A DNA stretch of 64,000 nucleotides from Candidatus Hydrogenedentota bacterium (GTDB lineage: Bacteria; Hydrogenedentota; Hydrogenedentia; Hydrogenedentales; SLHB01). The stretch lies in contig CAVUWV010000028.1 of NCBI GenBank assembly GCA_963745075.1, positions 32,001 to 96,000 of the forward strand, given 5' to 3'. Below the pieces are notes generated by a model. That model was not told the origin of the DNA, made no database searches, and was given only the letters and a program-made list of their open reading frames with translations. Below, piece after piece: positions 51,321 through 62,333 of this stretch (positions are counted from its first letter, which is position 1; every line of letters starts with the position of its first letter). The translations under genes were made by a program, and so were the position numbers.

Positions 51321-51860
51321 TACTGCGGGAAGGATCCCGACGTGTGAATAGATGACTGTACTATATGGACTTAGGATGATTGGACCCGAAGATAGTCGCA
51401 CTGACATAATGGATGAGATTCCTCGTCAGGGTGAGAACGAGCCAATACTATTGCCGTCGAAAAGAACAGTTGTTCATTATTGACAATGTTTCGACCACGT
51501 ATCGCGCGATTTTCGTGTTAGAAGTGGAAATCCACAATTCCAGCGGCTGCATTTGTTCCGCGATTTCCGTGCGAAGCGAGGACCGGTAGATACGCGCAAA
51601 TGACCACCAGCTTTCTTTGTGACGGGATATTACCCGGGAGGGATTCCAGTTGTTCGTCGACACGGTGTTTTTTGGGGGAGCATTTTGCATTTCGGTTTGG
51701 GTAAAGTTGGCGGAAATCCTCGCGTTCCATCGTTAAACTATGGTCCGCCGAGAAGTAGCGTGAGCGTTGGTAGTCCCCTTGACAGCATGAGGTATATACG
51801 GTTGCTGGTTTCGCCAAATGAGCGCGTGTCGGGGAAGGCCCCGCAGCGCGTGAATTCGCA

Positions 51861-54410
51861 ATGCAATCCACACGCGTAAAACGTCTGCTTCCCCTGTGGG
51901 GCTTGCTCATGTTTTCGCTGGCGTTGGTTGCCTTGCACCATACGCTGCGCCAGGTCCACTACCACGACATTCGTCAGGCAATCCATAACGTGGACCCGCG
52001 CACGCTTCTCGGAGCGGGGCTGGTGACGGCCTGCGCGTATCTGATCCTCACGTGGTACGACGTACTGGCGCTGGCGTACATGCACAAGAAGCAGCCGTAT
52101 CGTCGTATCGCTTTTGCTTCGTTCCTCGGATGGGCGTTGAGCAATTCCGTGGGGTACTCCATTTTGAGCGGCGGCGCGGTACGTTATCGTCTTTACTCGA
52201 AATGGGGCCTGAATACCATCGAGATCGCGCACGTGGTTGCCTTCTGCACGTTTACCAGCGTGCTGGGTGCGGTCGGTATGGCGGGGGCCGGTCTGGTATT
52301 GGATGCGACTCCGGCGGCGGCGAGTGTGGCGCTTCCTACGAATGTGGCACGCATTGCGGGTACGTGTTGCATTCTGGTCACTATTGCCTATGCGATTTGG
52401 GGCGGCGCCTTCTTCCGTATGCGAAACGACACGTCCCTTTTTCACGGTGTGCCTCGGTTCGGGATGCGGTTGGCTCAAGTTACCGTAGGCTGTCTGGATC
52501 TCGTAACCACGGCGCTGGTGTTGTACGTACTTCTACCAAGGACCGCCGACATATCTGCGCCGGCTTTTGTCGGGTTCTTCGTGATCGGAATATCGCTGGG
52601 AATCGTGAGTCAGGTGCCGGGCGGAATCGGCGTGTTCGATGCTTCACTTCTCTACTTATTGAAGCCTTACGCCGATCCGCACCAGTTGGTGGTTGCGCTG
52701 ATTCTGTATCGTTTTCTCTACTACGTCGTTCCGCTCGGGATCGCGCTAACGCTCGTCACAATCTACGAGACACGTGGGATTCTCCGGCCCGTATCGCGAG
52801 GGCTCGGGCGTTGGTTCGTCCCGGCGCTGCCGGACGCGCTGTCCGTCGCGGTCGCGGTGTGCGGCATTGTGCTGCTGATATCCGGAGCCACCCCGGAGCT
52901 TCCGGCGCGCATGCACTTGCTGCGCGACTTGTTGCCCTTGCCAGTGGTGGAGATATCCCATCTCGGCGCCAGTATCGTGGGATTTCTGCTCATCGTGCTC
53001 GCAACGGCCATTCATCAGCGAGTGGACGCGGCGTACTTTCTGGCCTGCGGTCTGTTGGCGGCCGGTGCGGTATTTGCGTTGTTAAAAGGATTGGATTACG
53101 AAGAGGCCGCCGCGCTCTCGTTCATGCTGATCGTGTTTCTGCCGTCACGAAGACAATTTACCCGGCACGCGTCGGTGCTGCGGCCGCGACTGAGTCCGAT
53201 GTGGATCGTGACGATCCTGGCGCCCATACTCGGGTTTATCTGGCTCGGCATGTTCTCGCACAAGCACATCGAGTACCGCAACAGCCTCTGGTGGCGATTT
53301 GCTTATGAAGGTGATGCGCCGCGATTTCTGCGCGCGGCGGTGGGGATTGTCACGGTTTCGATCGGACTGAGCTTTGCCCTGCTTCTGAAACCGATCTCGA
53401 AAGCCGTGCGGCTCCCCTCGCGCGACGACCTGGACCGCATCAAGTCGATCCTTGAAGAGAGCCGGCAGACCCACGGGAACCTGGCGTTGCTCGGCGACAA
53501 GTCGATCTTATTCGACGAGTCGCGGACCGGCTTCATCATGTACGGTACCCAAGGCGGTACCTGTATTTCGATGGGCGATCCCGTCGGTTCCGACGACGTG
53601 CAGGAAGAACTCGTTTGGGATTTCAAAGCCTTGTGCAACGAAACGGGGAATCGCCCCGTCTTTTATCAAGTGACGCCGGCGCACCTTCCCAAATACGTGG
53701 ATGCCGGATTTCAATTGCTCAAATTGGGTGAGTGCGGCCGCGTAAACCTTACTTCGTTCTCGCTTGCGGGAGGGGCGCACAAGGAGGAACGGCGTACGCT
53801 GAAGCATATCGAGCAAGAGGGGTATACTTTCGAGATCCTTCCGGCGGGAGAGGTGGACCGCCACATGGACCGGCTGCGTGCGGTGTCGGACAACTGGCTG
53901 GCGTCGAAGAATACGGCGGAGAAGGGCTTTTCGCTGGGATTCTTTAAGGAAGACTACCTGCGGAACTACCCGATGGCAGTGATCCGCAATCACGAGGGGA
54001 TTCTGGCCTTCGCGAACATCTGGGCAAGCGCAGACCGGCACGAACTCACCATCGATTTAATGCGGTATACCGATTCGTCGCCTCGGGGTGTAATGGACTA
54101 TCTATTTGTCAACCTGATGCTCTGGGGGCAGGAACAGGGGTATCAATGGTTTGATATAGGCATGGCGCCGCTGGCGGGGTTGCAGAACCGGCCGATGGCG
54201 CCGTTCTGGAATCAGATTGGCGGGCTCGTGTTCCGGCACGGGGAGCATTTCTATAACTTCGAGGGATTACGACGGTACAAATCCAAGTTCAAACCGGTTT
54301 GGGAACCGCGATACCTTGCGTCGCCGGGCGGACTGTCGGTGCCTTTTATCTTCACCGACCTGTCGGTCCTCATTGCTGGTGGCGTGACCCGCGTTGCTAC
54401 GAAGCGGTAA
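51861..54410 (+). CDS. mprF: Bifunctional aminoacyl-phosphatidylglycerol flippase/synthetase
   Basis: [60 protein letters not shown] and WEPRYL. Confidence 0.95.
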   Translation: MQSTRVKRLLPLWGLLMFSLALVALHHTLRQVHYHDIRQAIHNVDPRTLLGAGLVTACAYLILTWYDVLALAYMHKKQPYRRIAFASFLGWALSNSVGYSILSGGAVRYRLYSKWGLNTIEIAHVVAFCTFTSVLGAVGMAGAGLVLDATPAAASVALPTNVARIAGTCCILVTIAYAIWGGAFFRMRNDTSLFHGVPRFGMRLAQVTVGCLDLVTTALVLYVLLPRTADISAPAFVGFFVIGISLGIVSQVPGGIGVFDASLLYLLKPYADPHQLVVALILYRFLYYVVPLGIALTLVTIYETRGILRPVSRGLGRWFVPALPDALSVAVAVCGIVLLISGATPELPARMHLLRDLLPLPVVEISHLGASIVGFLLIVLATAIHQRVDAAYFLACGLLAAGAVFALLKGLDYEEAAALSFMLIVFLPSRRQFTRHASVLRPRLSPMWIVTILAPILGFIWLGMFSHKHIEYRNSLWWRFAYEGDAPRFLRAAVGIVTVSIGLSFALLLKPISKAVRLPSRDDLDRIKSILEESRQTHGNLALLGDKSILFDESRTGFIMYGTQGGTCISMGDPVGSDDVQEELVWDFKALCNETGNRPVFYQVTPAHLPKYVDAGFQLLKLGECGRVNLTSFSLAGGAHKEERRTLKHIEQEGYTFEILPAGEVDRHMDRLRAVSDNWLASKNTAEKGFSLGFFKEDYLRNYPMAVIRNHEGILAFANIWASADRHELTIDLMRYTDSSPRGVMDYLFVNLMLWGQEQGYQWFDIGMAPLAGLQNRPMAPFWNQIGGLVFRHGEHFYNFEGLRRYKSKFKPVWEPRYLASPGGLSVPFIFTDLSVLIAGGVTRVATKR

Positions 54411-54411
54411 C

Positions 54412-57271
54412 TTAGCGGCGAAGGATCGGTCTCAGATGCTGGCCGGTGTACGAGCCTTTCCGTTTCGCGACGGTTTCCGGCGTGCCTCGGGCGATTACCT
54501 CCCCCTCCGTCGCCGCCTTCGGGGCCGAGGTCGATGATCCAATCTGCGGTCTTGATTACGTCAAGGTTGTGTTCGATGACGAGCACGGTGTTGCCACTGT
54601 CGACGAGGCGGTGCAGCACATGGAGCAGCTTGTCCACGTCGACGGCGTGCAGGCCCGTGGTGGGTTCGTCGAGGATGTAGAGGGTGCGGCCCGGTCTGGC
54701 GTTTGGAGAGTTCCGTCGCGAGTTTTACCCGCTGGGCTTCCCCGCCGGATAAGGTCGTCGCGGCTTGGCCGAGTTTGATATAGCCCAGCCCCACGTCATT
54801 CAACGTGTTCAGCTTCGCGGCAACGGGAGGAATGTTGCGGAAGAAGTCGCAGCCTTCCTCCACCGTCATGTCGAGGACTTCGAAGATGTTCTTGCCTTTG
54901 TACCGGATCTCGAGCGTGTCGCGGTTGTAGCGCTGGCCTTTGCAGTCTTCGCACGGCACATACACGTCGGGCAGGAAGTGCATCTCGATGCGGATGACGC
55001 CGTCGCCTTCGCAGGTCTCGCAGCGACCGCCCTTCACGTTGAAACTGAAACGACCCGGCTTGTAGCCCCGCGCGCGCGCTTCGGGGATCTTGCTGAATAT
55101 CTCGCGGATCGGCGAGAACAGGCCCGTGTACGTCGCAGGATTCGAACGCGGGGTGCGTCCGATGGGCGACTGGTCGATATCGATGACTTTGTCGATGTGT
55201 TCGAGGCCTTCGATGCGGTCGTGTTTGCCCGGGCGGGCGCGCACGGAGTCGTATACGGCGCGCTGCGCGGCGGGATAGAGCGTTTCGTTGATGAGACTCG
55301 ATTTTCCCGATCCGGAAACCCCCGTGATGCACGTGAAGATGGCCAAGGGGATTTCGACGTCGATCTTCTTGAGGTTGTTGTGCTGGGCGCCGACGATTTT
55401 CAGGGAATGGCCATTGGACTTGCGCCGCTGCTTGGGGATGTCGATTTGGAAGGTTCCGCGAAGGAAACTTGCCGGTCCACGACTGCTTGGACTTCATGAT
55501 CTGGCTCGGCGTCCCTTGGGCGACGACGCGCCCGCCGTGGACCCCGGCGCCGGGGCCCAGATCAATCACGTAATCCGATGAGCGGATGGTTTCTTCGTCG
55601 TGTTCGACGACGATCACCGTATTGCCGAGATCGCGCAGGCGAGTTAAGCGTACCGATGAGCTTCTGGTTGTCGCGCTGGTGGAGGCCGATGCTGGGTTCG
55701 TCGAGCACGTAGAGGACGCCCATCAGTCCCGCGCCGATTTGCGTAGCGAGACGAATGCGCTGGGATTCGCCGCCGGACAACGTGCCCGCATTCCGTTCGA
55801 GGGAAAGGTAATCGAGTCCGACGTTGACAAGGAATCCGAGCCGTTCGCGGATTTCTTTCAGGATGCGTTCGGCGATGAGCCGGTCGGTCTTCGAGAGCTT
55901 TAATCCGCCGAAATATGCGAGCGCCTCGCCGATAGACATAGCCGTGACGTCAAGAATGTTGCGGTCGCCGATCGTGACGGAGATGGATTCGGGTCGCAGC
56001 CGCGCGCCTTTGCACACGGGACAGGGCTTAGTGGACATGAATTGCCCGATCATCTCGCGGGCCTTGGCACTCTCGGTTTCTTTGTAGCGGCGTTCGAGGT
56101 TGGGAATGACCCCTTCGAAAGGCCGCCACATTTCCACCTTCTTGCGGGCATTCGAGTACGAGAAGTCGACGGGCTCACCGCGAGAGCCGTAGAGGACGAT
56201 GTCCTTGAAGTCGTCGGGCAGCTTGCGCCACGGGGTGTAGATGTCCTGCTTGTAGTGCTTCGTTACGCAGCGGAGGGCCCGGCGATACATGGCGTCCAGC
56301 ACGCGCCGGATGGACCACGGCCGGACCGCGCCGTCATCGATGGACAAGTCCGCGTCCGGTACGACGAGTTCGGGGTCGACTTCCACGCTGGTGCCGAGGC
56401 CGGTGCATTGCGGGCAGGCGCCGTGGGGATTGTTGAACGAAAACATGCGCGGCGCGAGTTCTTCAAAACTGATGCCGCAGTCGACGCACGCGAAGTGTTC
56501 GCTTTGCAGGGTCTCGCGTACCTTTTTGTCCGGCGACTCCTGCCAGATGCGGATGATGCCTTCGGCGAGCTTGAGGCAGGTCTCGACGCTATCGGTGAGA
56601 CGGCGTCCGATGCCCTCCTTTACGACGAGGCGATCCACGACCACGTCAATGTCGTGTTTCACGTAGCGTTCGAGTTCGATCTTCTCGTCGACGGTGCGGA
56701 ACTCGCCGTTGACACGGACTCGGGTGAAGCCCTGGCGTTTCACGTCCTCGAAGACTTTCTGGTAGGTCCCTTTGCGCTGGCGGATGATGGGTGCAAGGAG
56801 CTGGATCTTGGTCCCGTTTGGCAACGCCTGGATACCGTCCACAATCTGCTGGGGCGATTGGGCCTCAATGGGTTTGCCGCAATTGTAACAGTGGGGTTTC
56901 CCCACGCGTGCAAATAGAAGCCGGAGGTAGTCGTAGACTTCGGTGACCGTGCCCACCGTCGAGCGCGGATTGCGGTGGGTAGTCTTCTGCTCGATGGCGA
57001 TGGCCGGACTGAGCCCTTCGATGTGGTCGACATCCGGTTTCTCCATCTGCTCGAGAAACTGGCGGGCGTACGCGGAGAGGCTCTCGACGTAGCGGCGCTG
57101 GCCTTCGGCGTAGATCGTGTCGAAGGCAAGGCTCGACTTCCCGGAACCGCTCAAGCCGGTAATCACGACGAGCTTGTTCCGGGGAATGTTTAAATTCAGA
57201 TTCTGTAGATTATGTTCCCGCGCGCCTTTAATCACGATGGCGTCCGGGGAACTCTTTTTCTTGGGCGGCAT
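54412..57271 (-). CDS. uvrA: Excinuclease ABC subunit A; four apparent indels (~55645, ~55465, ~54690, ~54500)
   Basis: [21 protein letters not shown], zinc fingers, [33 protein letters not shown] and LSGGEAQR across successive frames. Confidence 0.95.
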
Positions 57272-57423
57272 GGGTAAATCCGTACTCCGGAAGAGAAAAA
57301 CCTTACAAGTAAGCCCTCGCGGCCGGTCGGTCGGAGGCTTCGTGCACCAGCAGCGTATTGTAGCGGATGTCGGCAGCGTGCCGCCAGCGTGCGGCAGGCC
57401 GGAGTCTGGAGACCGGAGGGAAA

Positions 57424-57446
57424 GGAGGGCGGTTTTCCAACCCGCC
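57424..57446. repeat. REP palindrome, second copy of the 21064 family
   Basis: GGAGGGCGGTTTTCCAACCCGCC. Confidence 0.6.
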
Positions 57447-57518
57447 GTTCGAGGGACGGGACGGTGTAGGTCAACCGGAACCAGTTGGACCGTAGCCAAA
57501 TGTTTTCCGAAACACGCG

Positions 57519-58493
57519 TCAATAAGTCCAAGGCTTCAAGTAGTGTTCGACATGAATATCGGGCGGGAATTCGATGCGGAATTCCTGGTCGTCTACCTCC
57601 GCGTTCACTTCGGTCCACGTAAGCTCGGCTGTTTCTGTGCGTCTCAGGGTGAGCTTCTCCGATCGATCGTCATTGACGACATCGACCGTGAGTTTAGCGG
57701 GAAACCAGAGTCCGTCGATTTCTTCAAACTCGCTCGCTTGGAGAATCTTCTGACGCCGGCAATTTAGTCCCCAATAGTCGAACCATTCTTCCCACCGGGT
57801 AATGTTGCCACCTTTGGTGAGGTCGAGACCGATGACGTAGCCATTCAAGTTTTGAAGGAACGTTTCATCCGTCTCATGGGTCGGAACCCAGATGACCAGA
57901 CTTGTGTCGGTGGACTCGATGACCTTCCAGTTCGGTTGGCTGGCGGGGATTCCCTCGATGTAGGTGGACAGACCGCAGCCCGCGTAGGCGGGAAGAAAGA
58001 GGCTGACACCGCCTCGAAACAAGGTGAACTCAAGCTGCTTGTTGTCAAGCCGGGACGCGGGCAAGACATTGCCGGTCGACGGCCTTCCGCTCTGCGCGTC
58101 GAACCGGAGCACGCGCAATTCCCGGTCATCCAGACTCCATTGCTCCCGAAACGTGTGAAAGACAATGCGGCCGGTGGTCATGCAGTTGAACCGCAATGGA
58201 CCCTGAAACCCCAATGTGCCGTCGACATCAACAAACTGAATGGGATCGGCTTTCACCGTACCCGAATCCGATTCTTCGATCTGGAGATGCATTGTGACAT
58301 GGGCGGATTTGTACCGCTGCTCCGCGGTGCGAATCGTGGCAAGTGCCGCCTGCTGTTCGGGGCTCAACGAACGGCAGGCCGTCTCGACTACCGGTTCGTT
58401 GGACGTGGTAGAAGACCGGTTGCAGGCCAATACAGGAGCCAGGAGTGCCACGACTACGGTGGCCAAGCATATTCTCACAATTCGAAGCCCCAT
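57519..58493 (-). CDS. Hypothetical lipoprotein (possible LolA-like fold)
   Basis: VLAC lipobox; C-terminal GLWFPAK...[17 protein letters not shown]. Confidence 0.6.
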   Translation of the reverse strand: MGLRIVRICLATVVVALLAPVLACNRSSTTSNEPVVETACRSLSPEQQAALATIRTAEQRYKSAHVTMHLQIEESDSGTVKADPIQFVDVDGTLGFQGPLRFNCMTTGRIVFHTFREQWSLDDRELRVLRFDAQSGRPSTGNVLPASRLDNKQLEFTLFRGGVSLFLPAYAGCGLSTYIEGIPASQPNWKVIESTDTSLVIWVPTHETDETFLQNLNGYVIGLDLTKGGNITRWEEWFDYWGLNCRRQKILQASEFEEIDGLWFPAKLTVDVVNDDRSEKLTLRRTETAELTWTEVNAEVDDQEFRIEFPPDIHVEHYLKPWTY

Positions 58494-58547
58494 GGACCTG
58501 TCGAGTCTAGCCAAAACCGCTTGCACTTTGGTGCTCCAAACCGACTT

Positions 58548-58823
58548 TCAATCCTCCACGTCGACAATGCGCTTCGGGGGTTTAAGGAACCACTGAATAC
58601 GGCCGCAGTGGGTGCAGGCCAGGGTTGTTGCGGATCGGTTGGCCCAGTCGAGGTTCAGGAACGTCATGCCCGAGGTGTTTAATTGCGCTGTGCCCTGTTC
58701 GAAGTTGTCCGCACCGCACTGGGGACAGACGACGAGATGACCGCCCGCGGTAAACTGTCCCGGACCCGTCGACGCTACCAAGGCCTTGCCCGCTCGCTTG
58801 AATGCCCTGCCGAATCTGCCCAT
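58548..58823 (-). CDS. Zinc-ribbon domain protein
   Basis: CPQC...LNT.GMTF..LDWAN...CTHCG; GAGGGG RBS. Confidence 0.8.
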   Translation of the reverse strand: MGRFGRAFKRAGKALVASTGPGQFTAGGHLVVCPQCGADNFEQGTAQLNTSGMTFLNLDWANRSATTLACTHCGRIQWFLKPPKRIVDVED

Positions 58824-59009
58824 GGATTCCCCCTCTGGTTGAGGGTTCTATTGTAGCATAGGGCATCACTTGCTGACGTGCGGACCAGAGGGGAGAGCGG
58901 TTCGGAAAGCGCGCGGCGTTCACCGTTCGATTCATCGTCGAAGTCCCACGAAATGGAACGGCCCGCGGAGGGGCGGGCCGTTCACATGCAGCACTATGTG
59001 GTTCGTCGA

Positions 59010-59804
59010 TTACGTACGTTTCTTTTTCAGGATGTGGCGACTGGCCAGGGCGGCAAGCCCCAGTCCCAGCAGGGACAGGGACGCTGGTTCGGGCACCACC
59101 GTGTTGCAGGTCGGCGGTGTGTAGTCGCAGTTGAAGTACTGAGTCAGGGAGGGACCATCGCAATTAAAGGGGCTAAAGGAGCCCTGACAGGAGTAGCGGC
59201 TGCTGTGGTTCCATGACATCGTATGGTCGCCTTGGGAGCTGTGAGGGCCACCGGACCAGTCGGTTGGTCCATCGTAACCGTTGCGGTAGTTGTACCCGCT
59301 ACACAGCTCAAAAGAACTGGAATCCATGTTGAAGCACAAGTCGTTGAAACTGGAGGGATCGTTGGTCAGGCAATTCTCAAGTTGCTGCGGATCCCAGCAG
59401 CCGACGATTTCGAGGCAGGCCTCGTAGGTCCAGCACTCACCGCTGAAACTCGTGCCGTACCAATTGGTGCTCCCGTGGCGCACTTGGCCGGACATGGTCA
59501 CGCATCCGGTTTCGGTGTCGATGCACATGCTCATGGTGCTGTGACCATGAGTGTCTTCAAAACTGAAGAAGTCGTTGCTGCCATACGAGCCGTAGCGAGT
59601 ATACCCCCCGTACGAACTACCGCCGTTGACTTGCATCCCATAGCTCGGGGAGCCATAGTAGCCGCCGGTACCGTCACAAAGGTCAAACTCGAGCATGGTG
59701 GCGTGTGCCGGAAGCACGCCCGCAATCAGTGCGAATCCCGCTACGACAAAAGCTACCACGCGCAGTCTTCCCACGAGTGTGTGTGTGTTCATTGTCTTCC
59801 CCAT
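59010..59804 (-). CDS. PEP-CTERM sorting-domain protein, Cys-rich
   Basis: Signal peptide ending AHA; C-terminal VPEPASLSLLGLGLAALASRHILKKKR. Confidence 0.92.
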   Translation of the reverse strand: MGKTMNTHTLVGRLRVVAFVVAGFALIAGVLPAHATMLEFDLCDGTGGYYGSPSYGMQVNGGSSYGGYTRYGSYGSNDFFSFEDTHGHSTMSMCIDTETGCVTMSGQVRHGSTNWYGTSFSGECWTYEACLEIVGCWDPQQLENCLTNDPSSFNDLCFNMDSSSFELCSGYNYRNGYDGPTDWSGGPHSSQGDHTMSWNHSSRYSCQGSFSPFNCDGPSLTQYFNCDYTPPTCNTVVPEPASLSLLGLGLAALASRHILKKKRT

Positions 59805-59885
59805 TTCTTATGTAACCGCTTTTTCGCTTCACCGGCGGTGCACCAAGTTCTGCATCCACAGGTGTCGTACAACGGTAATATTGAA

Positions 59886-59902
59886 AGCACAAAGTGTGCC
59901 AA
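59886..59902 (-). promoter_or_regulatory. Sigma54 promoter of the PEP-CTERM gene
   Basis: The minus strand reads TTGGCACACTTTGTGCT (GG-N10-GC), with an AT-rich upstream region. Confidence 0.75.
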
Positions 59903-60151
59903 TCGGCAAATCTGCCCTGAGACTGTCACCTCAAGCTATGTTTTTACAGTGACTTACAGGAGGCAATCTGAATTTTTGCCCATTCGATGCGTATTCAACA
60001 GTTTGTCTTGTCTGACATATAGGTTATCTAAACTGATATATCATAGATGGATTTTGAGAACTTCTTTACAGGGATTAGTATATATACCCATCAAAGGATA
60101 TACGCGGGAGGTACCCTGACGCCGGTGGGTAACCTTCGAATGGACCGTGTC

Positions 60152-62077
60152 TTACTGCAGAGACTCCAACTCTTCCCAACGACTGTAGAGCTGGTTTACA
60201 GCGGATCGAGCCTCGTCTAATTGGGTGACGGTTTCGTTGGCCATTTTGTAGTCGCGCGCATAAAGTCCGGGATCGTTGACTAGCGCTTCGAGACGGGTGA
60301 CTTCCGCCTCGGCTTTATGTATGGCTGCTTCCATTCCATCTAGCTCTTTCTTCTCTTTCCAACTAAGGCGGCGTGGCCCAATAGGTTGCGATGGTTCTTC
60401 GGCGCGGCGTTGCGGCTTCTCACCAGTTTGCGGGGTGGCGGCTGGAGCGTGGTTGTCCTTGTACACGAGGTAATCGTCGTAGTTCCCGGTGATGAACGTG
60501 ACCTCGCCGTCGCCCTCGAATACGAAGAGGTGCGTACAGATTCGGTTGAGGAAGTACCGGTCGTGGCTGACGATGAGCGCGCAGCCGTCGAAGGCGAGGA
60601 TAGCCTCTTCGAGGACGCGCAGGGTGGCGAGGTCGAGGTCGTTGGTGGGTTCGTCGAATACGAGGAGGTTGCCGCCGCAAAGCAACTTCTTGGCAAGGTC
60701 GAGACGGTTCCGCTCTCCACCGGAGAGGTGTTTCATGGGTGCCATGATGGCGGCCCGGTCGAAGAGGAAACTCTCCAAATACGCCGGGATATGCACCCGC
60801 CGGCCGTTGACATCCATTTCTCTTACGCCGTTCGACACGTGCTTGAGGATAGTCGATTCGGGATTGATGTCCTCGTGGGACTGGTCGACGTAGAGGAATT
60901 CCGTATTGTCGCCGATCATGACCCGGCCCCGGTCGGGTGGCTCTTCCCCCATCAATACGCGTAGCAGCGTGGTCTTGCCGCTGCCGTTAGGGCCGAGGAC
61001 GCCGACCCGCATGTTCTTTTGCATGATGAGGGAGAGATCGTGGAAGAGAGGCTTGCCGTCGATGGCTTTCCAGATCTTCCGGGCTTCGAGGATCTGTTTG
61101 CCCAAACGCTGGGGCTGGGGAATCTCGAAGGAGAACATGCGGTGCTGTTCGGGGGGTCCTTGATCCTCCAAGGCATAAAACCGGTCGATACGCGCTTTCT
61201 GCTTTGTCGTTCGCGCTTTGGCGCCACGCCGCAGCCAGACCAGCTCGCGTCGCATGGTGGACTGGCGGTTGGATTCGGACCGGGCTTCGTGCTCTTCCCG
61301 GAGGGTTTTGAGTTCCAGGAAACGCTCGTAGTTGCCTTGGTAGGTGTAGAGGGTGCCGTGCTCCAACTCGGCAATGCGGTTGACGACGCGGTCGAGAAAG
61401 TAGCGGTCGTGGGTAACCAGCACGCAACTGCCCTGGTACCTGGCGAGGAAGTTCTCGATCCAGCGCACGCTGGGCACGTCGATATGGTTGGTTGGTTCGT
61501 CCAGGAACAGGACATCGGGATGGCGTACCAGATTCGATGCAAGGTCGACGCGGCGCAGTTCTCCCCCGGAGAGGGTCGAGAGCACACGGCTGTGGTTGGG
61601 CAAGTTCAGGGCGACGGTGACCCGCTTGATGTCCTCGTCAAGGTTCCAGGCGTCGGCGATTTCCATTTCGTGCTGGAGAAAGGTGACTTCTTCGGCCAGT
61701 TTCTCGTGGGCCGCATCCCCGGCGGGCGTCTCGGCAAGGGCAGCCATGCGCTGGTGATACCGGTCGATGAGTGCGCGCACGTCACTGGCGGCGCCGTCGA
61801 GTACTTGGCCTACCGTGAGCGTCGGGTCCAACGTGCATTGCTGGTCCAAGAGATGAACGCGCAACCCTTGCATCCGGGTCACGAGACCCGAGTCCGGTTC
61901 GTCGAGCCCTGTCATGATTTTCAAAAGGGTCGATTTCCCGGAGCCGTTGCGTCCGATGAGACCGATACGGTCACCCGCATGAATGGTCAGGGAAATGTCA
62001 CGAATGACGGGCTGCGCGCCAAAACTGCGCACGACGTTCTGGACACTCAATATGGCTTGTGGGGTGGAGGAACTCAT
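60152..62077 (-). CDS. ABC-F family ATPase (Uup-like)
   Basis: Two ABC cassettes (GRNGSGKST/LSGGE/DEPTNH and GPNGSGKTT/LSGGE/DEPTND), linker KARTTKQKAR and C-terminal RWEELE. Confidence 0.93.
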   Translation of the reverse strand: MSSSTPQAILSVQNVVRSFGAQPVIRDISLTIHAGDRIGLIGRNGSGKSTLLKIMTGLDEPDSGLVTRMQGLRVHLLDQQCTLDPTLTVGQVLDGAASDVRALIDRYHQRMAALAETPAGDAAHEKLAEEVTFLQHEMEIADAWNLDEDIKRVTVALNLPNHSRVLSTLSGGELRRVDLASNLVRHPDVLFLDEPTNHIDVPSVRWIENFLARYQGSCVLVTHDRYFLDRVVNRIAELEHGTLYTYQGNYERFLELKTLREEHEARSESNRQSTMRRELVWLRRGAKARTTKQKARIDRFYALEDQGPPEQHRMFSFEIPQPQRLGKQILEARKIWKAIDGKPLFHDLSLIMQKNMRVGVLGPNGSGKTTLLRVLMGEEPPDRGRVMIGDNTEFLYVDQSHEDINPESTILKHVSNGVREMDVNGRRVHIPAYLESFLFDRAAIMAPMKHLSGGERNRLDLAKKLLCGGNLLVFDEPTNDLDLATLRVLEEAILAFDGCALIVSHDRYFLNRICTHLFVFEGDGEVTFITGNYDDYLVYKDNHAPAATPQTGEKPQRRAEEPSQPIGPRRLSWKEKKELDGMEAAIHKAEAEVTRLEALVNDPGLYARDYKMANETVTQLDEARSAVNQLYSRWEELESLQ

Positions 62078-62333
62078 GGAAATCGCTTGCTGCGGTTCGA
62101 ATTAGCTTTATCGACAAACGGATACAGTATCCTGTCGGGGGTGTGCGGAACAAGAAGACGTGGTGAAGAAGACGTGGTGACCGGCAAGGCTGCTTTCCTG
62201 CGCCCCGTCCGGGGCGAATTGTGTATCGAGCACAAGGCTTTTGCGGTGAACGCATCCGGTCTTCTCTTTACTGATGCTTCCTCAACACGTATTCTTATGG
62301 ACATTGACCGTCGTAGTTCGAGGGGGCAACTTC

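Noticed and set aside
51464..51475. GAAC-N4-GTTC (Gram-positive LexA box)
   Set aside because: It is a single occurrence, not ahead of a repair gene, and I saw no such box upstream of uvrA or radA. It may instead be an enhancer site for the sigma54 promoter.
54412..57271. Programmed frameshifting or pseudogenisation of uvrA, glnS and radA
   Set aside because: There are no slippery-heptamer-plus-structure signals and I saw no nonsense decay. The pattern fits sequencing indels.
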